A stretch of 49,172 nt of DNA, taken from assembly GCA_021810455.1 (NCBI GenBank), contig JAJZIU010000003.1, positions 1 to 49,172 on the forward strand. Direction: 5' to 3'. Below, piece after piece: positions 39,158 to 46,319 of the stretch (the stretch's first letter is position 1; every line of letters starts with the position of its first letter). The notes beneath the pieces are model-generated. The model did not search any database. It was not told the DNA's origin and saw nothing but the letters and a program-made list of their open reading frames with translations. The DNA is from Candidatus Micrarchaeota archaeon. GTDB lineage: Archaea > Micrarchaeota > Micrarchaeia > Micrarchaeales > CABMGC01. Made by a program: the position numbers and the translations under genes.

Positions 39158-39580
39158 TTACTGAACTTCTGGGTTTTCATATGTGCGTTGTTTCCTGTTT
39201 CTCCTACCGGTCTTTGCAGTTGCAAATAGAGTAGTCAGATCTTCTGTTTTTTCTATGTCCATCCATGATTTTATATACACTGAAATGTTTCTCAGTGGTT
39301 TTGAATACCTGTCAGTAAAACTATACACATTATCTTCATGCTTTAGTATGCCAACCATTACGCCAAAATCAAGATATCTTTTCCATGTTGCCATAGGAAG
39401 ATCTTCTGGGCATGATTTAAGTCGCAGTGCTTTCTTGATTTTAACCTCATATAAAGCCCGTGCAAATCTGTACGCTTTTGTCTCGTTATCAAAATAGATT
39501 TTTGCTATCTCCCTGACGTTTGGATCTTTGAGTTTTTCTTTAAGTGGTGCATCCTCAAATTCCCAGTATCTGATAGCCAT
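39158..39580 (-). CDS. Hypothetical protein, possibly winged-helix
   Basis: ATG 39580 preceded by GAGGATGA; ATWKRYLDFGVMVGILKHEDNVYSF resembles a wHTH helix and wing. Confidence 0.65.
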   Translation of the reverse strand: MAIRYWEFEDAPLKEKLKDPNVREIAKIYFDNETKAYRFARALYEVKIKKALRLKSCPEDLPMATWKRYLDFGVMVGILKHEDNVYSFTDRYSKPLRNISVYIKSWMDIEKTEDLTTLFATAKTGRRNRKQRTYENPEVQ

Positions 39581-39599
39581 CTGCTCATCCTCTATGACG

Positions 39600-40715
39600 T
39601 TAATACTTATCATATATAATTGTTACTACATCCTGATCTGATAGTATATGATCGATTCCGACTTTCTGATTTTCAAATCTTACACTACGTCCGCTTACAT
39701 AGGCATACTTAGTATTTTTGGCCATCTTTGAATGAAGAGCTTTTGCAACATCGAATACGGTGCTGCCGGACTTTACAACTATCGGTTTGGACAGATCCGT
39801 TTCTCCGTCCTTAGGTTTGAGGTAGATGCGCATGAGATTAAGAGATGAAAATATCGAATCCTTGAGTTTTGGTATTCCCGTATTTTTTATCGCGCTTGTT
39901 AATATAGTTTTCATTTTTGTTGTTTTTTCAAGTTCTTGCCTTATCCTTTCTGCATACTCCATATCAACAGTGTCGATTTTGTTTAGAGCAACTATGGCAT
40001 TTATATAAACGGAATTTCCTTCAACAATTTCAAACAAATCTTCAAGATCTGCATCCGAATAAAAAATGACTTTTGCATTGAATATTTTGAAGTCATTTAG
40101 AATATTGGTTATGCTTTTCTTGTCAGGAATTTTCTTCTTTAGACTCTCTATCTCTATGCCTCCGGTAAGTTTTTTTTCTATCCGTATGTTTGGCTTTTTT
40201 CTGTTAACTATTATCTTCAAATCGTAAAGTTCGTCAACAAGTTTGTATAACTGCTCTGGATGATTAACATCTATTACGAATAGTAAGAGATCGCATACGC
40301 GGACAGCACTTGCTATTTTTGCGCCTTCGCCTTTACCAGTGTGTGCCCCTTCTATAAGACCAGGAACATCCAGTATCTGTATGCTTGCGCCGTTGTATTC
40401 AAGCATTCCAGGTATTACAGAAACTGTTGTGAAAGAATAACCGGCAACTTTTGATTCGACACCGGTAAGTAGACCTATCAATGATGATTTTCCGGCATTC
40501 GGGAAACCGACTAATGCAACAGTAGAATCGCCAGTTTTCTTTACAGAGAAACCTACACCGGAGCGGGATTTGGGCTTGCTAAGTTCCTTTTTAACGTCGG
40601 AGATTTTTCTCCGAAGTATTCCAAGGTGTTTATTTGTAGCTTTGTTGTAGCGGGTCTTTGAGTATTCCTGTTGAAGTTCTTCCAACTTTGTTTTAAGGTC
40701 TGGCATGCGTATCAA
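39600..40715 (-). CDS. DRG/OBG-family GTPase with TGS domain
   Basis: NKATNKH, GFPNAGKSS, YSFTT, DVPGLIEGA, NKID, C-terminal TGS. Confidence 0.94.
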   Translation of the reverse strand: MIRMPDLKTKLEELQQEYSKTRYNKATNKHLGILRRKISDVKKELSKPKSRSGVGFSVKKTGDSTVALVGFPNAGKSSLIGLLTGVESKVAGYSFTTVSVIPGMLEYNGASIQILDVPGLIEGAHTGKGEGAKIASAVRVCDLLLFVIDVNHPEQLYKLVDELYDLKIIVNRKKPNIRIEKKLTGGIEIESLKKKIPDKKSITNILNDFKIFNAKVIFYSDADLEDLFEIVEGNSVYINAIVALNKIDTVDMEYAERIRQELEKTTKMKTILTSAIKNTGIPKLKDSIFSSLNLMRIYLKPKDGETDLSKPIVVKSGSTVFDVAKALHSKMAKNTKYAYVSGRSVRFENQKVGIDHILSDQDVVTIIYDKY

Positions 40716-40839
40716 TCTTCTATGTTTTAAGATACAGAATCATTTATCTCAATACAACAATATGTATGTTGTTTTCAAATTAAAAAGGATTTGCTTTAAA
40801 TAGTTACCTATCTTTACTTCATCGATAAAAGTGTATAAA

Positions 40840-40920
40840 ATGGCAAAGAAAACCGTAAAGAAAGCTGCAAAAAAAGCAGTTAAGAAAGGGAAGAAGTCAG
40901 TAAAAAAATCCAGAAGATAA
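40840..40920 (+). CDS. 26-aa Lys-rich histone-H1-like micro-protein MAKKTVKKAAKKAVKKGKKSVKKSRR
   Basis: Manual translation; stand-alone in an intergenic gap, TTTAAATA about 40 nt upstream, T-rich tract right after the TAA. Confidence 0.65.
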   Translation: MAKKTVKKAAKKAVKKGKKSVKKSRR

Positions 40921-40948
40921 ATGTTTTGTTTTCTTTTTTATTTTTTGA
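40921..40948 (+). terminator. Oligo-T terminator-like tract
   Basis: ATGTTTTGTTTTCTTTTTTATTTTTTG directly after the micro-ORF. Confidence 0.5.
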
Positions 40949-42247
40949 TTATTTCATAAACTGTGAAAATCTCTTTTTTACGTTTCTATCGTTTTTAAAC
41001 ATTTCATAAAACTTTTTCATTTTGCTGAAGTCGCTTAACAAGCCTTTAACTTCTTTTTCGTCGGTACCGCTGCCCATCGAAATCCTTCGTATCCTACTTG
41101 GATCTCTCACTAATTTTTCGCTTTGTCTTTCCTCTTTAGTCATTGAACCGATTATTGCCTTATACACTTTGAGTTTGCCTTCTCCTTGTTCAACGTACTC
41201 TTTTGGAACATCTGCAAAACCCATCATACCAAGTACATTTTTCATCGGACCCATTTTTGACATGGCTTTCAACTGTGTGTAGAAAGTATCAAAATTAAGT
41301 TCGGTTACTTCGACTTCTTCGGGTTTTATATTAGCTTCCCTTATTGCTTCGTTTACATGCGTTGCGAGGGCCTCTAAATCAGGTATACCAAGCAATCTGC
41401 CTACAAATTTCTCAGAGTTATACAGTTCAAGAGAGTTGAGTTTTTCACCAGTACCTATAAACATTATATTTACATTTGCAGCGCTAACCGCACTTAGTGC
41501 ACCGCCTCCTTTGCCACTTCCGTCCATTTTTGTTACTACTACGCCAGTTATATTTATCGCGTTATTGAACTCTTTGGCTTGTGTTCCTGCAACTTGCCCT
41601 ATATCAGCATTTATTACCAGGAGTTTTTCGTCGGGTTTGAATTCGTTGTTTATCTGTATTAGCTCGTTTACCAGTTGTTGGTCCAATGCACTCCTTCCGC
41701 TAGAATCGCATATTATTACCTTCCTTGAACCAAGTTCTTTCAATCCTTCAGTTACTATTTTCTTTACATCTGTTTCCCCTTTTATTCCGAAGAATTGTGC
41801 GTTGGCCTGTTTTGAGAGCATCTCTAGTTGTTCAAATGCGGCTGGTCTTGAAACGTCACAACAGATCATGCCCACGCTAAGACCGCGGTCTTGATAAAAT
41901 TTCGCGAGTTTTGCAGCAGTGGTTGTCTTTCCAGAACCATATATCCCTACAAGCAGTATCCGTTTGGGTTTTATTTCTGGCTGATGATTCTTTCCCATCA
42001 ATTTAACAAGTTCCTGATAGACAGTATTAGTTACATATTCTTTAGGACTTATTCCTTCTGGGAGCTTATTATGAAGCGCTATGTCTTCTATTTTTTTAGT
42101 AAATTCGAATACGAGATTTATATCAACATCAGAAGAGATTAGTGCTTTTTGAAGTTCTTTGTTAAACTCGCGTATTGTTTTCGAATCTATTATTGTTGAG
42201 CCGGTGAGCCTAGATATTGCCTTCCTGATACCCTCTCCTAAATCCAT
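40949..42247 (-). CDS. srp54: Signal recognition particle protein SRP54
   Basis: GIYGSGKTT, DVSRPAA, DSSGR, TKMD, GTGE, M domain SMTKEER / SRIRRISMGSG. Confidence 0.96.
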   Translation of the reverse strand: MDLGEGIRKAISRLTGSTIIDSKTIREFNKELQKALISSDVDINLVFEFTKKIEDIALHNKLPEGISPKEYVTNTVYQELVKLMGKNHQPEIKPKRILLVGIYGSGKTTTAAKLAKFYQDRGLSVGMICCDVSRPAAFEQLEMLSKQANAQFFGIKGETDVKKIVTEGLKELGSRKVIICDSSGRSALDQQLVNELIQINNEFKPDEKLLVINADIGQVAGTQAKEFNNAINITGVVVTKMDGSGKGGGALSAVSAANVNIMFIGTGEKLNSLELYNSEKFVGRLLGIPDLEALATHVNEAIREANIKPEEVEVTELNFDTFYTQLKAMSKMGPMKNVLGMMGFADVPKEYVEQGEGKLKVYKAIIGSMTKEERQSEKLVRDPSRIRRISMGSGTDEKEVKGLLSDFSKMKKFYEMFKNDRNVKKRFSQFMK

Positions 42248-42304
42248 AAGCAGACACTGACAAATAGTTTAATATTTATACTGATTACACATATATAAAG
42301 TTAG

Positions 42305-42393
42305 GGGCTCGTAGCTCAGCCTGGTTAGAGCGGCGGTCTTATAATAAATCATAAGAGAGCCGTAGGTCAGGAGTTCAAATCTCCTCGGGCCCA
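42305..42393 (+). tRNA. tRNA-Ile(UAU) with a 14-nt intron at 37/38 (42344-42357)
   Basis: Acceptor GGGCTCG/CGGGCCC+A, D-stem GCTC/GAGC, anticodon arm GCGGT-CT-TAT-A^A-GCCGT, T arm AGGAG-TTCAAAT-CTCCT; splice helix CTTA/TAAG flanked by 3-nt bulges. Confidence 0.9.
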
Positions 42394-42417
42394 TCCATAA
42401 TAATAGAGACGAGGTTT

Positions 42418-42470
42418 GGGATGCCTCCTTCACACGGAGGAGACCCGGAGTCCGATTCTCCGCGGGCCCA
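42418..42470 (+). tRNA. Orphan 3' portion of tRNA-Val(CAC) (split-tRNA piece, att remnant or pseudogene)
   Basis: CCTCC-TT-CAC-AC-GGAGG, AGACC, CGGAG-TCCGATT-CTCCG, CGGGCCC-A; no 5' acceptor or 5' D-stem strand found nearby. Confidence 0.75.
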
Positions 42471-42500
42471 CTTAATAACTAATTTAAGATTATTGATAGA

Positions 42501-43265
42501 TTATGCCACTACTGCATAGTTTACAACAAATGCAACAACGAATCCTATGAGAATTCCGAGATAGGTAAGCAACATCAGATATTTCATTTCTTTTCTGTCT
42601 TCAATCCTACTCTTGTTTATATTTACATGGAATAGAGCAAGTATTACATATAGAATCGCAGCGCTTGCCAATGCATCGAAGAAGACGATGAACATTTTCG
42701 AAAAGAATACTAGACCTAGAAGCGTGCCTAGTATCGTAGGTATTCCGCCTATCAGAAATGCGGCAGACATGAATTTCTTCTCTATCTTTACTTTTGAACC
42801 AACGAGAGGTGCGGCTATTGGAAATCCTTCAGTAAGATTCTGGAGTGTAAAGCCTATAGCTGAAAGTACATATATGGAAACTATGCCTGCGGCGCCTGCG
42901 GAACCGAAAACAAGACCTTCGGTGAGATTCTGCAAGCCGATACCTATCGCAGCTAATATTGAAGTGCGTTTGGGATTCTCTTCAGGATCTCGGCTCTCTT
43001 TAGGGCCTATGAAAAAAAGAAAGGAAACAAGAAATCCGACAAGAAAAACTATTTCTAAAGGATCTGTAATTGGCATGTTGCCGAATATTGAAGACACATC
43101 ACCATAAATATCTACAAGGAGAAACGCAAGAATACCTATAGCAATCGCATTGAAGCCTAGCATCTGTCGTAGTGTTATCTTTTTATAAAGTATAACGGGT
43201 AATGAAAGGAAAACAGAGAAACCCATCACTACAGATAGTAATACAGTAAGATCAATGTTAAGCAT
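42501..43265 (-). CDS. ZIP-family divalent metal transporter
   Basis: Two QNLTEG motifs (ZIP HNxxEG equivalents), about eight TM helices. Confidence 0.85.
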   Translation of the reverse strand: MLNIDLTVLLSVVMGFSVFLSLPVILYKKITLRQMLGFNAIAIGILAFLLVDIYGDVSSIFGNMPITDPLEIVFLVGFLVSFLFFIGPKESRDPEENPKRTSILAAIGIGLQNLTEGLVFGSAGAAGIVSIYVLSAIGFTLQNLTEGFPIAAPLVGSKVKIEKKFMSAAFLIGGIPTILGTLLGLVFFSKMFIVFFDALASAAILYVILALFHVNINKSRIEDRKEMKYLMLLTYLGILIGFVVAFVVNYAVVA

Positions 43266-43319
43266 ACCGAACCAGTAAATATAACTGGGTTATATTTTAT
43301 ATGTTTTTCTGGTTTATGG

Positions 43320-44060
43320 TCACTTGCGCCATTTTGACATGTAATCTGTTATGTTTTTTATTTCTAAGGAACTTAGCAAGCCCTGTTCTGCAAGCCAGTT
43401 TACTATGTCACTTATCTTTGCTGCAGAATGAAGCTTCATGCCATGTTCTGAAAGAACTTGGGATCCCCCTTCTTCCCGATCTATCAAAACGAAGACGTCC
43501 TTTACAGTTACATTTAGTTTCTTATTTGCAGCTTCGGCGAGTATCATGTCTCTTGCTTCTATTTTGCTGCCTGCATCAGTAACTACGTCATCCACTATGC
43601 CTATCACATCGTTGTTTTTCATTTCGCCATCAACAAGGCGTTTTATACCGTGAGATTTGAGATTACCCATTTCTTCTATTACGTGTAAAACTTTATCAAC
43701 AATGGGAAGCTCCGAGCTATCGAACTTTTCATGTGACATTTTTTTAAGATTTGCGACTAGCTCTTTGTATATTGAAGGTTCTTTGCGCGTGTAGATTGAA
43801 GGAATACCTGCTTCTGCACCTACGGAAGTTACAATAGCTATACCTGCGAGAGGTATGCCACACAGCCTGTTTACCTCGGAATTAGAATTTTGAATAAGCT
43901 CGGCGATAGTTTTTCCAACAAGAGACAGAGCTTCGGGATGAGAAGGTAACACGCGAAGATCGATGTAGTACGGACTCTGTCTACCTGATTTTATTGTGAA
44001 TGTGCCAAACTTTATTGCGTTGATTTCGAAGAGGGTTTTGGCAAGCAGTTTCCCATCCAT
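43320..44060 (-). CDS. pyrE: Orotate phosphoribosyltransferase with an inserted segment
   Basis: FTIKSGRQSPYYIDLR, YTRKE, IVDDVVTDAGS, LIDRE. Confidence 0.9.
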   Translation of the reverse strand: MDGKLLAKTLFEINAIKFGTFTIKSGRQSPYYIDLRVLPSHPEALSLVGKTIAELIQNSNSEVNRLCGIPLAGIAIVTSVGAEAGIPSIYTRKEPSIYKELVANLKKMSHEKFDSSELPIVDKVLHVIEEMGNLKSHGIKRLVDGEMKNNDVIGIVDDVVTDAGSKIEARDMILAEAANKKLNVTVKDVFVLIDREEGGSQVLSEHGMKLHSAAKISDIVNWLAEQGLLSSLEIKNITDYMSKWRK

Positions 44061-44070
44061 AAGAGCACCT

Positions 44071-44667
44071 TCACAACTTGCCTATATCATTTACAATGTC
44101 GATATCCAACGCTCTCTTTCCAAGACGCCAGTTTGCAGGAACCGCACATACGTGACCTTCTGCGGCAGGAGTCTCACGAACATACTTCAAACCCATAAAT
44201 GCAGTGAATATATGATCCGTATCCTTCCCTAAAGCGTCGTTGTGAATTGCGAAATATTGCACCTTGCCATCTGGATCTATTATTACCGTGCCACGTCTTG
44301 CCGCCCCAGTATCTGAATTGAGAAATCCATAATCCGTAGAGATCTTTTTATTAAAGTCATCTATAAGAGGAATTTTGCTCTTCTTTACACGAGGAGAAGT
44401 TTCACTCCATGCCTTGTGTGAAAACACACTATCGGTACTTATTGCGTATATCTTGGCGTCGTTCTTTTCAAAATCTTCATAGTTAGACATAAACGCTTCT
44501 ATGTCAGTTGCACACACAAAAGTGAAATCTCCAGGATAGAACGCAAGTATAATCCATTTGCCCCTCATTCCAGAAAGTTTGAATTCGGATATTTTACTTT
44601 CGCTCGGAAACCATGCTTTAGATTTTATCTCTGGTGCTTGTTCCCCTATATTCAAAAGATTTTGCAT
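44071..44667 (-). CDS. Peroxiredoxin (AhpC/Prx1-like)
   Basis: FYPGDFTFVC, STDSVFSHKAW, RGTVIIDPDG, C-terminal VCAVPANW. Confidence 0.92.
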   Translation of the reverse strand: MQNLLNIGEQAPEIKSKAWFPSESKISEFKLSGMRGKWIILAFYPGDFTFVCATDIEAFMSNYEDFEKNDAKIYAISTDSVFSHKAWSETSPRVKKSKIPLIDDFNKKISTDYGFLNSDTGAARRGTVIIDPDGKVQYFAIHNDALGKDTDHIFTAFMGLKYVRETPAAEGHVCAVPANWRLGKRALDIDIVNDIGKL

Positions 44668-44733
44668 TATACCATCAGTAGAAGTTATATCAGTAAAGGT
44701 ATAAATTCCTTGTTGTAAAACAGAGTTATACTG

Positions 44734-45426
44734 CTATTGAATTAGCATCTTTAAAATCGTGCTCCTATCTTTAAGGTCTTTCAGCACTGTTGATGCTCCG
44801 GCAAGCTCAAGCTCCTGCTTGGAGTGTCTGCTTGTTTCTATACCTATGCTTTTCAAACCCAAGTCAGAACTTGACTTTATGTATACAGGAGAACAGCTTA
44901 CAAACACTCCTGCTTTTTTAGGCAGATTGTAATCCTTTTCTATAGTTGAAAGCGCATGGGAAAGTATATCCTTCATATAAAATCCATTTTCGTTGTACGA
45001 GCCGAACTTGAAATATTCACTGATTTTTGCCTCTTGAAGCCTCATCTTTGTGATCTTCTCTTCATCACCAGTAGCCGCACCTACAAGGACATTTTTTTGT
45101 TTAAGTTCATTAAGAAGTTCGACCATGCCATCCAATACATTCATCTTGCCTTTCCAGGAAACATTGTAATAAGAATAAGGAAGATCTTCGAGATAACGAT
45201 CGAGTTTGCTTTCTATCTCAGCATTTGGCATACCGTAAACGTTTAGAACATGTTTAGCTATTTCCTTTGCGGTTAGACCATCATAGGAATCTAGTTTGAC
45301 TTTTACTATTGCACCGTATATATTCATTATCGACTCTTCAACATACGGAGAGACGTCCTTCACATCGCTTATTATAACCTTTTGGGTATCGAATAATATG
45401 AAATTGTCCGTAGAAACACGCTCAAT
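44734..45426 (-). CDS. HAD-superfamily hydrolase-like protein with degenerate catalytic motifs; start uncertain
   Basis: The frame extends upstream of GTG 45363 to FILFDTQKVII (motif I-like); LDGMVELLNEL, AATG, ELELAGASTVL. Confidence 0.7.
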   Translation of the reverse strand: MERVSTDNFILFDTQKVIISDVKDVSPYVEESIMNIYGAIVKVKLDSYDGLTAKEIAKHVLNVYGMPNAEIESKLDRYLEDLPYSYYNVSWKGKMNVLDGMVELLNELKQKNVLVGAATGDEEKITKMRLQEAKISEYFKFGSYNENGFYMKDILSHALSTIEKDYNLPKKAGVFVSCSPVYIKSSSDLGLKSIGIETSRHSKQELELAGASTVLKDLKDRSTILKMLIQ

Positions 45427-45461
45427 TGAATGAGTGTGTTAAAGTATAAAAATTTGATTGT

Positions 45462-45761
45462 ATGATCGAGTCTACTGAACGTAAGATAGCGATTGAGAGG
45501 ATGCAGAGATTATTTGAACTTGCAAGTCAGAGGACACTTATGGGAGGAGATTCCCTAAAACTTGCTAAAAAGTACACATTCATAGCTAAGGGAATAAGCA
45601 AGCATTATAGGATAAGCATGCCTAAAGAAATCCAAAGAAACATCTGCAAAAAATGTGATGCGATATTAATACCAGGCATTAATTGCAATGTGAGAGTGTC
45701 TAGGGGATGGATAATAAAAAAATGCAACATTTGCAGTACACAAAAGAGAATTTTTATCTGA
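45462..45761 (+). CDS. rnp4: RNase P protein component 4 (Rpp21)
   Basis: IAIERMQRLF, ICKKCDAILIPG, CNIC. Confidence 0.92.
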   Translation: MIESTERKIAIERMQRLFELASQRTLMGGDSLKLAKKYTFIAKGISKHYRISMPKEIQRNICKKCDAILIPGINCNVRVSRGWIIKKCNICSTQKRIFI

Positions 45762-46280
45762 TTACTTTATTCCCAGTTTGGAAACTATAGTGTCTGCGAA
45801 CTCGTATATTAGTTCGGAGTCTCCAAGAGTTACTATGTTCTTGTCGCTTTCTAGAGCAGAATTTGTAATAACTCCTTTGAACAGTTTCACGAGATGGTTT
45901 GTATCCTGATCTTTTGTGTTTGCTATTTTCATGTTTTGTATCATGTTGGTCCGAGCTATTATTTTTATTGCATTTCCAACACCAGCGACAAGCTTGTTGG
46001 ATTGAATAAACATCATAAGAAGATCGTGCAGTTGGCGAAGATCGTATAATTTAAACTGTTCCACGCCAGGGCCGTCGGCGAGTATTATGCCATCATAATC
46101 AAGAGGTATTAGTTGTGAGGTATTGAATGGTTTATAAACTGCGCCGTGATTTCCCATACAGTTCTTTGACGTATAGCTAGTTATAATGGTTTCAACCCCC
46201 CATTTTTCCAATATCTTTTTAGTTATGCTTACGGTTTCATCGCGAAAACCGGCCGGAGCTATAAGTATCGCAACTCTCAT
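45762..46280 (-). CDS. DJ-1/PfpI family protein lacking the nucleophilic Cys
   Basis: IAPAGFRDET, YDGIILADGPG; AGVGNA replaces the usual AAICxA/G. Confidence 0.75.
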   Translation of the reverse strand: MRVAILIAPAGFRDETVSITKKILEKWGVETIITSYTSKNCMGNHGAVYKPFNTSQLIPLDYDGIILADGPGVEQFKLYDLRQLHDLLMMFIQSNKLVAGVGNAIKIIARTNMIQNMKIANTKDQDTNHLVKLFKGVITNSALESDKNIVTLGDSELIYEFADTIVSKLGIK

Positions 46281-46319
46281 TATATCAGTTTTAGATAGAA
46301 AACAAAGGATAAAAAGGTT

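Noticed and set aside
40840-40920. Ribosomal protein eL41
   Set aside because: eL41 is Arg-rich with a KW motif; this peptide is Lys/Ala/Val-rich
42387-42500. Complete, permuted or overlapping tRNA-Val using the GGGCCC of tRNA-Ile or downstream DNA
   Set aside because: No D arm can be built in register, and the downstream sequence is AT-rich with no 5' half
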